Below, in pieces: positions 1-11,089 of a stretch of DNA of 64,000 nt (its first letter is position 1; every line of letters begins with the position of its first letter). The notes beneath the pieces are model-generated. The model had not been told where the DNA came from, made no database searches, and was given only the letters and a program-made list of their open reading frames with translations. Source of the stretch: an uncultured Verrucomicrobiae bacterium (lineage in GTDB: Bacteria; Verrucomicrobiota; Verrucomicrobiia; Chthoniobacterales; JAFAMB01); NCBI GenBank assembly GCA_963813025.1, contig CAWEXO010000013.1:544001-608000 (forward strand), read 5' to 3'. The translations under genes and the position numbers were made by a program.

Positions 1-230
1 TTCGTTGATCTTTGTACAAACGTTTGTCAGGGAAACACCTGAGTAGTCCGTCAGGAGGAAAGGCGTCGGCAGCATTGTCCGGCTGCTCCGCGCTGAGGCC
101 GCCCTCCACGCGCGATGAGATTTGTCGCGGTCAAGGACCTACTTGAGACGCCCATCACGATCCCGAGCGGCGAATAAAGATTAACAACCGGAAAAGAGTC
201 CGGCTAGAACCTCAACGGCTATATTAACCC

Positions 231-401
231 ATGTTACGTTACGCGGTTATTTTTCTCGTAATTGCAATCATTGCAGCATTCTTCGGTTTCAGCGGAGTCG
301 CCGGAACCGCGGCTTGGATCGCTCAGGTGTTATTCGTTGTATTTCTGATTCTTTTTATCGCCTCTTTCTTTTTTCGAGGAGCGCCACCACCCGCGGGATG
401 A
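231..401 (+). CDS. DUF1328 (YtjA-like) small membrane protein, 56 aa; missing from the ORF track
   Basis: Manual translation [56 protein letters not shown] fits the DUF1328 pattern. Confidence 0.9.
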   Translation: MLRYAVIFLVIAIIAAFFGFSGVAGTAAWIAQVLFVVFLILFIASFFFRGAPPPAG

Positions 402-472
402 AAACCGGCCGGGCCGAGGATCTTATTTCGAAATGCTGACCTGAACCGGGTCCGCAACGTTCCTATCTTCAC

Positions 473-1462
473 ATGCTAGCTGCTTGCTTGGTGGAACCGC
501 GCCGTTTTGAGTGGCGCGAGGCTCCAAACCCGGTTCCTGGACCGAATGAGGTGGTGGTCAAGATTGAGGGTTGCGGCATCTGTTCATCCAATCTGGGTCC
601 ATGGAAGGGCGCACCATGGTTTACCTATCCGTTTCCTTTGGGCGCTCCCGGACACGAGGCTTTCGGTGTGGTAACGGCCACCGGTTCGGCCGTTCAGAAA
701 GTCGTATCCGGTGACCGCGTGGCCAGTTTGTCCCAGAACGCCTTTTCCCAATATTGCCTGTGCAGCGCGGATGATGCGCTTGTCCTCCCCCCAGATCTCA
801 AACGAAAGACGTTTCTTGGCGAACCGCTGGCTTGCGCGGTCAACATCTTTAACCGATCCGGCATCGGTGATGGACATACAGTAGCGATTGTTGGAATCGG
901 CTTTCTCGGTGCGCTTCTTGTGCAATTGGCCGTCCGCACCGGCGCTAAAGTGATCGCGGCGGCCCGGCGTGAAGAAGCCTTGGATCTTGCCGCCCGGCTG
1001 GGCGCCCAAGAACGTGCCGATTTTTCTGATCTCTGGTCTGGTGTTGCCGCCGTCCGGAAGCTCACTGACGATCGGGGCTGCGAGGTCGTGATCGAGGCGA
1101 CCGGAGCGCAAGCCGGACTGGACTTCGCCTCTGAGATCGCGGGCGAACGAGGCAGATTAATCATCGCCGGCTATCATCAAGACGGACCTCGGACGATCAA
1201 TCTCCAGTCTTGGAACTGGCGGGGCCTCGATGTGATCAACGCGCACGAAAGAGATCCCGCCGTCTACCGTTCAGGTATGCGCGAAGCCCTCAAGCGCGTT
1301 CTCGATGGATCCTTAGGTGGGGAAGATCTAATTACTCATCGTTTTCCAGGAGAGCACATCAATGCTGCTTTTTCCGAGGCCGAGATGCGGAAACCCGGAT
1401 TCCTGAAAGCAGTCCTTTTAGTCAGTTCCGACCTGCTGACAGTAGACAGCGAGGCCGCTTGA
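473..1462 (+). CDS. Zinc-binding alcohol dehydrogenase (MDR) family oxidoreductase
   Basis: GICSS and GHEAFG zinc motifs; GIGFLG Rossmann motif. Confidence 0.9.
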   Translation: MLAACLVEPRRFEWREAPNPVPGPNEVVVKIEGCGICSSNLGPWKGAPWFTYPFPLGAPGHEAFGVVTATGSAVQKVVSGDRVASLSQNAFSQYCLCSADDALVLPPDLKRKTFLGEPLACAVNIFNRSGIGDGHTVAIVGIGFLGALLVQLAVRTGAKVIAAARREEALDLAARLGAQERADFSDLWSGVAAVRKLTDDRGCEVVIEATGAQAGLDFASEIAGERGRLIIAGYHQDGPRTINLQSWNWRGLDVINAHERDPAVYRSGMREALKRVLDGSLGGEDLITHRFPGEHINAAFSEAEMRKPGFLKAVLLVSSDLLTVDSEAA

Positions 1463-1533
1463 CTCGGAAGCCACGCCACCCCTTGCTGCCTAACGCAAAA
1501 TAATTCGTTCGTTCGAGGCGCGGCCCCGCTCGC

Positions 1534-2607
1534 GTGAACATCGCATTTTTCATTCACTCGCTCATCTCTGACTGGAATCACGGGAACGCGCATTTTCTTC
1601 GGGGAATTTGTTCGGAGTTGATTGCCCGAGGGCATTTTCTGAAGATTTATGAACCCGCCGACGCCTGGAGCGTTGTTCAACTGATTGAATCGGAAGGTCG
1701 CTCGCGCTTAAGCGATTTTCAGCGTGCCTATCCGCATCTCCACAGTATCCGGTACGGCACAATTACGCCGGAGGATGCGTTGCGAGACATTGATGTGGCG
1801 ATCGTTCACGAATGGAATGAAGCGGGACTCATTAATTCTCTCGGTCGCTATCGTCGGGAGCACAGCAGCCCAATCTTGTTTTTCCACGACACGCATCATC
1901 GCGCAGTGTCGGACCCCGATTTTTTTGAAAGGCTGGACCTGTCCGGATTCGATGGCGTGCTCGCCTATGGCGAAGCTCTGGCCAACGTATACCGGGACCG
2001 AGGCGAGCGCGTTTGGGTCTGGCACGAAGCCGCGGATGTGCGCATTTTTTATCCTCGCCCATTTAGCGGGACTAAGCGCGACCTGATCTGGATTGGTAAT
2101 TGGGGCGATGAGGAAAGAACGGAAGAAATCACCGAGTTTTTCTTGAAACCAGTGCAAGAACTTGGTCTCGATGCCGTAGTTTTTGGCGTCCGCTATCCAG
2201 TGGAAGCCCAGGCACGTCTGGCAAAAGCCGGGATTCATTATGGCGGCTGGCTACCCAACTACGAGGTGCCTCTCCAGTTTTCCCGGTTCAAATGTACGGT
2301 CCATATTCCACGTCGACCCTACGTCAGCCGACTTTCGGGCATTCCCACGATTCGCCCGTTTGAGGCTCTCGCTTGCGGGATACCTCTCATCTCTGCTCCC
2401 TGGGACGACACCGAAGGGCTGTTCGAGCCGGGACGTGATTTTCTGATAGCCGAGACCGGTGCGGCGATGGTGAAGCATCTGTCCGACGTGCTGGAAAAAA
2501 CCGAATTGACGGCATCCCTTGCCCAGAACGGCCTACGGACCGTCCGGGCGAAGCACACCTGCGGACATCGAGTAGACGAGCTCCTGAAAATCCTGGGCGA
2601 CGTGTAG
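1534..2607 (+). CDS. CgeB-like glycosyltransferase (Glyco_trans_1_2)
   Basis: [36 protein letters not shown] motifs. Confidence 0.85.
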   Translation: MNIAFFIHSLISDWNHGNAHFLRGICSELIARGHFLKIYEPADAWSVVQLIESEGRSRLSDFQRAYPHLHSIRYGTITPEDALRDIDVAIVHEWNEAGLINSLGRYRREHSSPILFFHDTHHRAVSDPDFFERLDLSGFDGVLAYGEALANVYRDRGERVWVWHEAADVRIFYPRPFSGTKRDLIWIGNWGDEERTEEITEFFLKPVQELGLDAVVFGVRYPVEAQARLAKAGIHYGGWLPNYEVPLQFSRFKCTVHIPRRPYVSRLSGIPTIRPFEALACGIPLISAPWDDTEGLFEPGRDFLIAETGAAMVKHLSDVLEKTELTASLAQNGLRTVRAKHTCGHRVDELLKILGDV

Positions 2608-2999
2608 AGCGGTTGATTTGCTGGCGTACTGAAGGCGATTCCGCGATGCTTCAGCAGAACTGCTTGCTTGGCGGCTGCCAACGTCCCCGAATGCCAAAGA
2701 GCGTTGCCGAGGTTTGTTCCCAGGTTGATTCCGGAAAGAACAAGATCAGCTCCTTTCCAAATTTCAATACCGAGCGCAACGCAATCGGCAGGTGTCCCAT
2801 TCACCCGATATGCTTCAAACCCGAGGAGCGGAGTAGCTTTGAACCGAAGCGGCCGGCTCGATGTAATTGCGTGGCCCATCGAGGATTGCTCGATATCCGG
2901 AGCGACGATACGCACGTCGCCAAATCCAGTGGCTACTTCGGCGAGAGCTTTAATTCCCGGGCTGTAAATGCCGTCATCGTTTGTAATGAGAATGCGCAT
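2608..2999 (-). pseudogene. surE: 5'/3'-nucleotidase SurE, N-terminal ~130 codons only
   Basis: [28 protein letters not shown] motifs; recognisable SurE sequence ends where the convergent glycosyltransferase gene stops. Confidence 0.75.
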
Positions 3000-3107
3000 A
3001 CAAGCTTGTCTTTTAGTTTCGCGCAATCCTCTATGAATCTCGCAAGGATGCGACCGAAATGATCCGTTTCGCGAACGATTGGGTTGCTCAGCAGGAGCTC
3101 AACTGAG

Positions 3108-4211
3108 CTAGCGTTTTTCAGTTTGCCTTGTACTCTTCCGTCGAACTCGTCGCAGATATCGCAGCAATTCGCGTTCCGGACCGGATAAGCCGGAGCGGGA
3201 TAACAATTGGTGAGCCGGAGCCTTTGGAGTGGGGAGTTGTCCAGTCCGAAACCCTTCGATAATCGCTGGATGAATATAGCTCTTTCGGCAAACCGCTTCC
3301 GTGTTGCCGAGAACATTTGCTACCTGCTTCACCGCCAGGCCGATCTCGTGTCGAGCTTCCTTTTTACTGGTTGGACGTTCCAGCCGAGACAAAATTGACA
3401 GCGCAAAAGCGGAAGCTGCCCATGTCCGGAAATCTTTCGTCGAGAATTCCTGTCCAAGGTTCCTCTGAATATATTCATTGACGTCTTCGGAGCGTACGTC
3501 CCGCAGCTCGCCAGCCTCATCATAGTACTGAAACAGCCGCTGCCCCGGCAACTCCTGGCAGCGCTTCACTGTCCGCGCGACCCTCGGATCGGCGACCCGG
3601 ACTGCATGGTAGACGCCACTCTTTCCGCGGAATTGAAGTTGCAGTTCATCGCCGCGCACCCGCGCGTGGCGATTCTTTAACGTGCTCAATCCGTATGACT
3701 TATTTTCTCTTGCGTACTCGTCGTTGCCAACTCGGATCAGGGACTCCTCAAGCAGACGGACGATTGTCGAGATCACTCGCTCCTTTCGGAGGTGATGCTC
3801 ACGCATATCCTGGTTTACGCGTCGCCGAAGGCGGGGCAACTCCAGTCCAAATTGCAACAGATGGTCAAATTTCGCTGCGTCCCTTTGGGTACGCCAGGCA
3901 TCATGATAACGATATTGCTTTCGGCCTCTGGCATCCCAGCCAGTCGCCTGCAGATGACCATTCGCTGTTGGACAAATCCAAACCTTGGTCCAGGCAGGAG
4001 GGATGGCTAAAGCCTTAATCCGGGCGAGAATCTCATCGTTCTTTACGATCGTGCCATTAGTGCCGAAGTAGGCGAAATTCCTGCCAAATTTTTTGCGCGT
4101 AAAACCGGGGTGTTCATCTTGCTGCTCAACGTACACCAGCTCTGCCTGAGGAACCGGTAAAGATTGAGCGATGGCCTGGGAAAGCTGTCTGACTTTTCGG
4201 TCGACTCCCAT
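3108..4211 (-). CDS. DNA topoisomerase IB (bacterial, poxvirus-like)
   Basis: IPPAW, GRKQYRYH, IRVGN, GKSG, KDFRTW, LGNT..VCRKSY (catalytic Tyr). Confidence 0.93.
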   Translation of the reverse strand: MGVDRKVRQLSQAIAQSLPVPQAELVYVEQQDEHPGFTRKKFGRNFAYFGTNGTIVKNDEILARIKALAIPPAWTKVWICPTANGHLQATGWDARGRKQYRYHDAWRTQRDAAKFDHLLQFGLELPRLRRRVNQDMREHHLRKERVISTIVRLLEESLIRVGNDEYARENKSYGLSTLKNRHARVRGDELQLQFRGKSGVYHAVRVADPRVARTVKRCQELPGQRLFQYYDEAGELRDVRSEDVNEYIQRNLGQEFSTKDFRTWAASAFALSILSRLERPTSKKEARHEIGLAVKQVANVLGNTEAVCRKSYIHPAIIEGFRTGQLPTPKAPAHQLLSRSGLSGPERELLRYLRRVRRKSTRQTEKR

Positions 4212-4786
4212 TAACGCGTTGCCGCTACTTGCCGTGCCGTGTGGTGTCCTTCAGCAAATTCCTCGACGATTTTCTTGTTGAAGGCCGGAATATCGTCCGG
4301 CTTGCGGCTGGTGACGATCCCGTTATCCGTGACAACTTGCTGGTCAACCCAATTTGCTCCGGCGTTGCGCAAATCGGTTTTCAGCGATGGCCAGGACGTC
4401 ACCGTTTTCCCTTTCACTGCTCCTGCTTCGATCAGAGTCCACGGTCCGTGACAGATCGCTCCGATAGGCTTTCCGCTGGTCACAAAAGAGCGAACGAAAT
4501 CGATCGCTTGCGGGATTATCCGCAGCTTATCCGGATTGATTTGTCCTCCGGGTAAAACGAGCGCGTCATAATCGTCCGCTTTCGCCTCATCCAGCGGAAC
4601 ATCGACTGGGAACTTGTCTCCCCAATCGGAGGTCTTCCATCCTTTGACCTGACCTTTCGCCGGAGAAACGATCTCGGTTTTCGCGCCCGCCTCGTCCAGG
4701 GCTTTTTTGGGACCTTCCAACTCGACCTGCTCAAACCCATCGGCGACCAGGATGGCGACTTTTTTTCCTTTCAGTTCTCCTGCCAT
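4211..4786 (-). CDS. pfpI: PfpI/DJ-1 (YhbO-like) type 1 glutamine amidotransferase-domain protein
   Basis: GFEQVEL, PGG, ICHGPW nucleophile elbow, TSRKPDD. Confidence 0.92.
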   Translation of the reverse strand: MAGELKGKKVAILVADGFEQVELEGPKKALDEAGAKTEIVSPAKGQVKGWKTSDWGDKFPVDVPLDEAKADDYDALVLPGGQINPDKLRIIPQAIDFVRSFVTSGKPIGAICHGPWTLIEAGAVKGKTVTSWPSLKTDLRNAGANWVDQQVVTDNGIVTSRKPDDIPAFNKKIVEEFAEGHHTARQVAATR

Positions 4787-5029
4787 ATTCTCACTGCTTT
4801 TCTTGTTGATTGTTTCTTAGCTACTGGTTCAACGATTGACGGAATGGCCCGTTCCGCGATCGGTCGACGAACCACCGAAACGCCGCCTACAAGGCGGCGG
4901 CTGGGCATCCGTGTGATGCGCCGGGTTCGAGTCTCATATTCCGGCCGGATGTATTCCGCGGCAGTTCGCTCAAACGGAGAAGAAGGTCAACACTGACACT
5001 GGCACTGAGACTGGCACTCGCCCCGTCCC

Positions 5030-5293
5030 TCAGCCGATCTGACGGAAGAGATAGTCGCTCATCGTGAGAAAGAAGAGAATAAACAACCAGATCAATCCGG
5101 CGCCGGCAAAAATCAGGATCAAGTGCGTCGCGCTCCGCAGAGCCATGAAAAAAACAGCGATGAGCCCAGCCTGCAGCACCGCAATGATTATTGCGACGGG
5201 AATCGCAAACGGACCAAGGTGCAAGAGAGAGAGACCGACGTTAGCGGCCAACAGAACCAGGAATCCGAGCAAAGCCAATAAATGCTGCTTCAT
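5030..5293 (-). CDS. ctaF: caa3 cytochrome c oxidase subunit IV
   Basis: Three hydrophobic helices, FFMAL and SDY motifs; last gene of the oxidase operon. Confidence 0.8.
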   Translation of the reverse strand: MKQHLLALLGFLVLLAANVGLSLLHLGPFAIPVAIIIAVLQAGLIAVFFMALRSATHLILIFAGAGLIWLFILFFLTMSDYLFRQIG

Positions 5294-5368
5294 GGAATAA
5301 TTCGCCAATCGCATTGAACGCAACGTTCAAAGGCAAGAATGAAAAGCACGAAGAGAAAGTTCCTGGGA

Positions 5369-6013
5369 TCAGGCATGGCGCAGGAGATAAAGCAAAGTAA
5401 ATAGAAAAACCCAGATGACGTCGACGAAGTGCCAGTACAATGCGGCGATTTCCAGGGGCATCGGATTGGCTGGCGCGTTCCGGCGCACAACAATCCAGAG
5501 GGACAGGACCGCGATTACACCTAATCCGATCAGCAGATGGACGGCGTGCAGACCGGTCATCACAAAATAGAAAAAGAAAAACAATTGACCCGGCCCCGGA
5601 TCGCCGCCGGCAAAGAGGAAGTTCAAGCCGGGAACGAGGTGCTCCTGCCATTCCGACCGATATTCAAAACCTTTGATTCCGAGGAACACTATTCCGAGGA
5701 ACCAGGTAACCGCTAAGAACCAGAGCGTGGCTAATCGGGCGCTCCGCCGGAAAGATTGCAAAGCCAGCAGAAATACAAAACTGCTGAAGACCAGGATGAT
5801 TGAGTTGAACGTGCCGGCTGCCAGGTTAAGGCGGGCACTGCCGGCCGCGAAAGCGTGGGGATACCATAGGCGGCCGACAGTGTAGGCGAGGATGAGACCG
5901 CCGAAAAACATAACTTCCGTCCCGATAAAAACCCACATACCGGCGCGGGCGGTCTCCGACTTCTGCTCAACATCTTCAAAATGCTCGGGCAGCGCTAGTG
6001 CAGGGGTGTTCAT
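5369..6013 (-). CDS. ctaE: Cytochrome c oxidase subunit III
   Basis: [30 protein letters not shown]. Confidence 0.93.
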   Translation of the reverse strand: MNTPALALPEHFEDVEQKSETARAGMWVFIGTEVMFFGGLILAYTVGRLWYPHAFAAGSARLNLAAGTFNSIILVFSSFVFLLALQSFRRSARLATLWFLAVTWFLGIVFLGIKGFEYRSEWQEHLVPGLNFLFAGGDPGPGQLFFFFYFVMTGLHAVHLLIGLGVIAVLSLWIVVRRNAPANPMPLEIAALYWHFVDVIWVFLFTLLYLLRHA

Positions 6014-7671
6014 TCTTTACCGGCTATCCGTTGTTCCAAGGTGTTCGTTGAGCTAGCGTGAGGATAGTTGTAAACGTCTTCTGTCTGGATCGGAATAGTT
6101 TCGAAATTATGTTTCGGCGGAGGGGAACTCACCTCCCATTCCAGTCCTTTGGCGTTCCAAGGATTGTTCCCGATTTTCTGTCCATACTTCAGGGACCAAA
6201 GAAAATAGAAAAAAGGTAAAAGATAGCCGATACCCAGGATGCTGGCTCCGGCGCTGGAGAGCACGTTATAGAATTGGAATTCCGGGGGATAAGTGTGGTA
6301 GCGGCGCGGCATCCCAAGATATCCAAGAATGAACTGAGGGAAAAACGTCAGGTTGAAGCCGATGAACGTAGTAAACGCTGCGAGTTTCCCAACAAGTTCC
6401 GGGTACATTCTCCCGGTGATCTTCGGCCACCAGAAGTGCAATCCTCCCATGAACGCCATCACCATGCCACCGACCATGATGTAGTGGAAATGGGCCACGA
6501 TGAAGTAGGTGGCCGTAACGTGGACATCGACGGCGAGCGACGCCTGGAACAACCCGGTCATCCCACCGATCCCGAACAAAGCCACAAAACCTAACGCATA
6601 GAGCATCGGCGTGTCCAGGCTGATCGATCCCTTGTGCAATGTCGCAGTCCAGTTGAAAACCTTGATGGCTGAAGGCACTGCCACCATGAAACTGAGAAAA
6701 GAGAACGCCATGCTTGCATAAACGGATTGGCTGCTGACGAACATATGGTGTCCCCAGACGAGGAAACCGAGCACCGCGATCGACACGCTCGAGAACGCGA
6801 CAAAGGTGTAACCAAAGACTCGCTTGCGCGCAAAGGCCGCGACCAGTTCACTGACCACACCCATCCCCGGAAGAATCATGATATAAACCGCCGGGTGCGA
6901 ATAGAACCAGAACAAATGCTGAAACAGCACCGGGTCGCCCCCGAGAACCGGATTAAATATGCCGATTTTCCAGATTCGTTCGATCGTCATCAGTGTGAGC
7001 GTGATGGCGAGTACCGGAGTAGCCAGCACCAGGATGATGCTGGTGGAATAGAGCGACCAGACAAATAACCGCAGCCGGAACCAGGTCACGCCCGGCGCGC
7101 GGAGCTTATGAGTCGTAACGATGAAATTCAGGCCGGTCAGTATGGAGGAAAATCCGGAAATAAAAATTCCTGCTGCCATCAAGGCGACATTGGAATTGGA
7201 ATAGGTCGTACTCAGGGGGGTGTAGAAGGTCCACCCAGTATCCACGCCGCCGGCTAAAAGGGCGTAAAGAGCCAAGATTCCGCCGAACATGAAGATGTAC
7301 CAGCTTAACAGGTTCAGTTTGGGGAAAGCGAGGTCGCGTGCACCGATGACCAGCGGTAGTAGAAAATTACCCAGAACATTCGGGATCGAGGGGATGAGGA
7401 AAAACCAGACCATGATCACCCCGTGCATGGTGAATAGCCGATTGTATAGCTCGGCGCTGACCAGCTCACCCCTGGGTGAAATCAGGCTGAGCCGCATCAG
7501 CGCAGCTGCCGATGCGCCCACGAAGAAGAAGCCGATCAGCGACCAAAGATAAAGAAGGGCGATTCGCTTATGGTCGGTCGTGAGAAACCACGACCGCAGA
7601 GTGTGCTCGGCCAGGTAGGAGTCGCTTGACCCACGATTGCTCACTTCGATTCGTTGGACGACAGCAGCCAT
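6010..7671 (-). CDS. ctaD: Cytochrome c oxidase subunit I, type A2
   Basis: TDHKRI, HGVIM, GWTFY, YSHPAVY (A2 YS motif), WGHH, HFH, GMPRRY. Confidence 0.97.
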   Translation of the reverse strand: MAAVVQRIEVSNRGSSDSYLAEHTLRSWFLTTDHKRIALLYLWSLIGFFFVGASAAALMRLSLISPRGELVSAELYNRLFTMHGVIMVWFFLIPSIPNVLGNFLLPLVIGARDLAFPKLNLLSWYIFMFGGILALYALLAGGVDTGWTFYTPLSTTYSNSNVALMAAGIFISGFSSILTGLNFIVTTHKLRAPGVTWFRLRLFVWSLYSTSIILVLATPVLAITLTLMTIERIWKIGIFNPVLGGDPVLFQHLFWFYSHPAVYIMILPGMGVVSELVAAFARKRVFGYTFVAFSSVSIAVLGFLVWGHHMFVSSQSVYASMAFSFLSFMVAVPSAIKVFNWTATLHKGSISLDTPMLYALGFVALFGIGGMTGLFQASLAVDVHVTATYFIVAHFHYIMVGGMVMAFMGGLHFWWPKITGRMYPELVGKLAAFTTFIGFNLTFFPQFILGYLGMPRRYHTYPPEFQFYNVLSSAGASILGIGYLLPFFYFLWSLKYGQKIGNNPWNAKGLEWEVSSPPPKHNFETIPIQTEDVYNYPHASSTNTLEQRIAGKE

Positions 7672-7697
7672 GGTATGTGTTGTTCGATCGTTGCTGA

Positions 7698-8654
7698 TTA
7701 TTTCGCTGATGCCGGCGAATTCTGATCGCTCAAACTCCGGATATAACTGATTAACTGAAACAGCTCATCCTCGGTCAGGCGATCCTTGAAACTGGGCATG
7801 ACCGGGTCGTAACCGGCCACGACCTGGGATTGGGGGAGCAGAATACAGTCTCGCAGGTAGCGCTCGTCGGCCACTAATACTCGACCATCCTGCATCGCCG
7901 CCGGCTTACCGTAAATCCCTTCCAAAGGAGGTGCTCGCACTGTGCCGCCCGGTTCGTGGCAGCCGCTGCAGCCAAACGAACGAAAGAGGGAGGCGCCTGC
8001 CTGTGCCATTGGGACTTCGTTCGAGCCACTCCGAAGCCAATGGGCGTACTCCGCTGGTTCCATTACCGTGACCCATCCGCGCATCGTGGAGTGATATGTG
8101 CCGCAATATTGGGAGCAGTAAAGATGGAAGGTGCCAACCCTTTCGGCCTGGAACCATTCGGTGGTGTAGCGTCCCGGCACAGCATCCTGCTTAATCCGGA
8201 AAGCAGGTAGAAAGAAACCGTGGATAACGTCCTGGGAAGCAAGAATTAGTTTGATGGGCCGGCCGACGGGCACGTGCAGCTCGTTGATCTCTCGTTTACC
8301 TTCTGAGTGCTGGACTTTCCACATCCATTGTTTCCCGACGATATGAACTTCGAGAGCGTTTTTCGGCGCACGCCGCATTTCGAAGAAGAGGATTGCCGCC
8401 CAGATAAACAGACCGAGAAAACAGAGAAAAGGAACAACCGTCCAGGTGATCTCAAGCCGCAGAGTACTGAATTTCCCCGGTGTCCGATCCGCCGGCGAAC
8501 CCTGCCGGTATTTGATCAAGAAATAGAGACCCGCGCTGGCGATCAGGACAAGCGTGACGAACGCAATCATGAGCAGACAGGTGAAGAGCAGGTCGACCTG
8601 AGCGGCTTGCGTCGAGTCCTGGGCGGGCAAGAATGGAACATCGCCGATCATCAT
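7698..8654 (-). CDS. ctaC: Cytochrome c oxidase subunit II with fused C-terminal cytochrome c (caa3 type)
   Basis: [21 protein letters not shown]uA motif, CSGCH haem motif; start set at the ATGA overlap with the sco stop. Confidence 0.93.
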   Translation of the reverse strand: MMIGDVPFLPAQDSTQAAQVDLLFTCLLMIAFVTLVLIASAGLYFLIKYRQGSPADRTPGKFSTLRLEITWTVVPFLCFLGLFIWAAILFFEMRRAPKNALEVHIVGKQWMWKVQHSEGKREINELHVPVGRPIKLILASQDVIHGFFLPAFRIKQDAVPGRYTTEWFQAERVGTFHLYCSQYCGTYHSTMRGWVTVMEPAEYAHWLRSGSNEVPMAQAGASLFRSFGCSGCHEPGGTVRAPPLEGIYGKPAAMQDGRVLVADERYLRDCILLPQSQVVAGYDPVMPSFKDRLTEDELFQLISYIRSLSDQNSPASAK

Positions 8655-9456
8655 AACGATTTCCGCCGGCTTACCCCCCGGATCACGAGCGAACCGACCA
8701 ATAACACCGTGACCAGAGCGCCAATCCGCAGTGCTGTGAAGATCGCGGGTCCGTACCCGGTCTTCGAGTTGTAGTGAAAACAAAGTAACAAGAGATCGTC
8801 GACCGCCGACCCGATCTTCTGTTGGCTGGCCAGCCGCAGGCCGTTCCTCAACTGGTCAGTCGAATAATTTACTCCCATCAGGTAACTCGAGATGCGGCCC
8901 GATGGAGTAACGAAAACCAACCCGGTCGGGTGGATGAATTGTTGACTCGGCTCGTCATAACGAAATCCGAAACCGATCTCATCTGCAATCTTCCGGATAT
9001 CAGCGGACGAACCAAGGAGAAAATGCCATCCGTTGGCCCCCCCGGATTATCCAGGTGCCGCAGATAGGCTTCCTTCTTGGCGGCTGCCAGGGCCGGCGTT
9101 TCGTTTGGATCGATCCCGATAAAGATGAACTGGTAATCTTTCCCGGGAAGCAGGTCGTGAAGTTCGGCAAAGATTTTGGTAACGGAATCCAAAACCACGC
9201 CGCACAGCATCGGGCAACGATGATAACCCATCGTCAAAATGGTTGGCCGATTCATCAGATCGGCCAGACGAACCTGTTTTCCTGTTTCATCAATAAAAAT
9301 CGTGTCGGCAGAGATCTGCCGGTTCAGATGCTGTTCGAACCGAACCGCGCGGTTGGGATCGTCCGCGTTGGCCGCCCAACCCCGGGAGCAACAACCCACG
9401 GCAAGGAGCAAACAGCAGAGATACGGCCATGCCTGGTTTTCAATCCGGCCGCTCAT
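8651..9456 (-). CDS. SCO/SenC copper chaperone, frameshifted near 9040
   Basis: CPMLC motif in ORF 8878-9456; GWHFL...IHPTG...LLLCFHY continues in another frame after a C7 run (9037-9043). Confidence 0.85.
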
Positions 9457-9908
9457 GGCGGCGCGCTCCTGGGGTAAACGTCATTTTTTTGCTGGATCAT
9501 CTCGACTTCAGTCGGTCCGGTCTGCGCCGGGCGAACAGGCAGACCTTGTTGGAGTAAACGTTTCATCGCCTCGTCGATTGGGATTTGCACAATACCGCGC
9601 TGACGATCTACCCAGCCGTACCGGTTCAATTTTTCGTCCTGCTCCTGAAGAAACCTTTGAAAATCGACCCCTGGATTGTTCTGGATTTCAGGCTGGGGAA
9701 AGCGAGTGACCTGTTCAACCACACTTGCTCCGGGCTGGCGCTGAGGAAAAATCCGCAACGTCATGAGGTTGAGAAAACACCAGAGCACGAGGAGCAGCAT
9801 GACGAGGCCGAAAACAAATCCTGCACTCACGTACAGGAATGGACGCAATGGTACATCCTGGGATTCGAATCTCCGACGCAACGATTCTTTCGAAACGGCT
9901 TGCTTCAT
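9453..9908 (-). CDS. ACIII-associated single-TM protein (ActG-like)
   Basis: One TM helix, YGWVD...IPIDEAM motif, position between actF and sco with overlapping start/stop codons. Confidence 0.65.
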   Translation of the reverse strand: MKQAVSKESLRRRFESQDVPLRPFLYVSAGFVFGLVMLLLVLWCFLNLMTLRIFPQRQPGASVVEQVTRFPQPEIQNNPGVDFQRFLQEQDEKLNRYGWVDRQRGIVQIPIDEAMKRLLQQGLPVRPAQTGPTEVEMIQQKNDVYPRSAPP

Positions 9909-11081
9909 GATAACGAGATGTTCTCGGCCGGACTAACTTGAAGAGGAAAGCGCGGATCATTTCGAGCGAGGACCGGGGCGCGCGCTAAACCGATCAGGTA
10001 GAGGAAAATCCACGTCCCGCCCAAGCCAAAAACTGAGGCGAGATCGTACCAGTTGATATGCAGAGTGTGCCGAGAAGAAGGCGCGATATACCAAAGCCAC
10101 CCCGCCAATTGCAGCACTAACTGTGAACCGGCGAGCAGCATCAGAGAGCGGCCCCTTTGCTTGAACGAGCGAAACAGGAGAAGGATAAAAGGCGCGAAAA
10201 ACTGGCCGGCAGCAAGTAAACAAGCAAGCCAGAGCCAACCGCCGTGGATGCGGTGCAAGTACCAAGTTACTTCATGAGGTAAATTTCCGGCATAGATAAT
10301 CAAAAGTTGGGCAAACGCCAGATAAGTCCACAGCATCACAAATGTCAGCAGCAGATTGCCAAATTGGTTAAGAATTTGTGGCGTGTAAAAATGCTCAAAT
10401 CCGGGATGGTTGCGGAACAAATAGAGCAGGATAATCGCCAGTGAAATGGCGCAGAGAACCTGGGCCGAGAGGATCAGTGGCGGAAACACGGTTGAATACC
10501 AATCTCTTTCCAGCACCATCACCCAATCGATCGTGGCAAAGGTCACGATCAGGCAATGCCAGACCAAACCCGGTCCGCTGAGGGTGCGCGCCTTAATCGT
10601 CGGCTCCGGGTCACTCGTCTTATCTTGTTCCCGCGACAGTCTGCGCAGGAAGAATCCCAGCGTAATCCAGGTTCCGAAATAAAGGATCGCCCGAATCAAA
10701 AAGCCCGGCGCATTTAAGTAGACGGCTCGTTGTTGTGCGATCGGGTCGTACCGTCCGCGTCAGGTATGCCCAAGGAAACAAAACGTGCGTCCGCAGAATG
10801 ATGGGAACAAACAGGACGGCAAACCACGGCACCGGTTCGACTGCCGCCTCTAGAAATCGACGGACACCAATTCCCCATCTGCCTCCCGTCAGATGGTGTA
10901 ACATCAGCAGCGAATAAGAGCCTAGACTGATTCCGAGCCAGAAAAGATAACCGATCAGATAGGAGGGCATCGCGCGCTGAGGATCAAACAATACGCCCGC
11001 GAAAAGCGCCAGGAGCCCGAGGCCGGCCAGCAAGAGAGCTCCGGTCCGAACTTTGGGGAAAGTTAGTTTATCGAAATTCAT
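9905..11081 (-). CDS. actF: Alternative complex III subunit ActF, frameshifted near 10750
   Basis: HLTGGRW in ORF 10620-11081; DWVM..WYST, WTYLAFAQLLIIYAGNLPHE in ORF 9905-10699. Confidence 0.88.
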
Positions 11082-11089
11082 TCAGCCGT

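Noticed and set aside
5290..5376. 28-codon ORF bridging ctaE and ctaF ([28 protein letters not shown])
   Set aside because: Too short to support without homology or expression data; may be chance.
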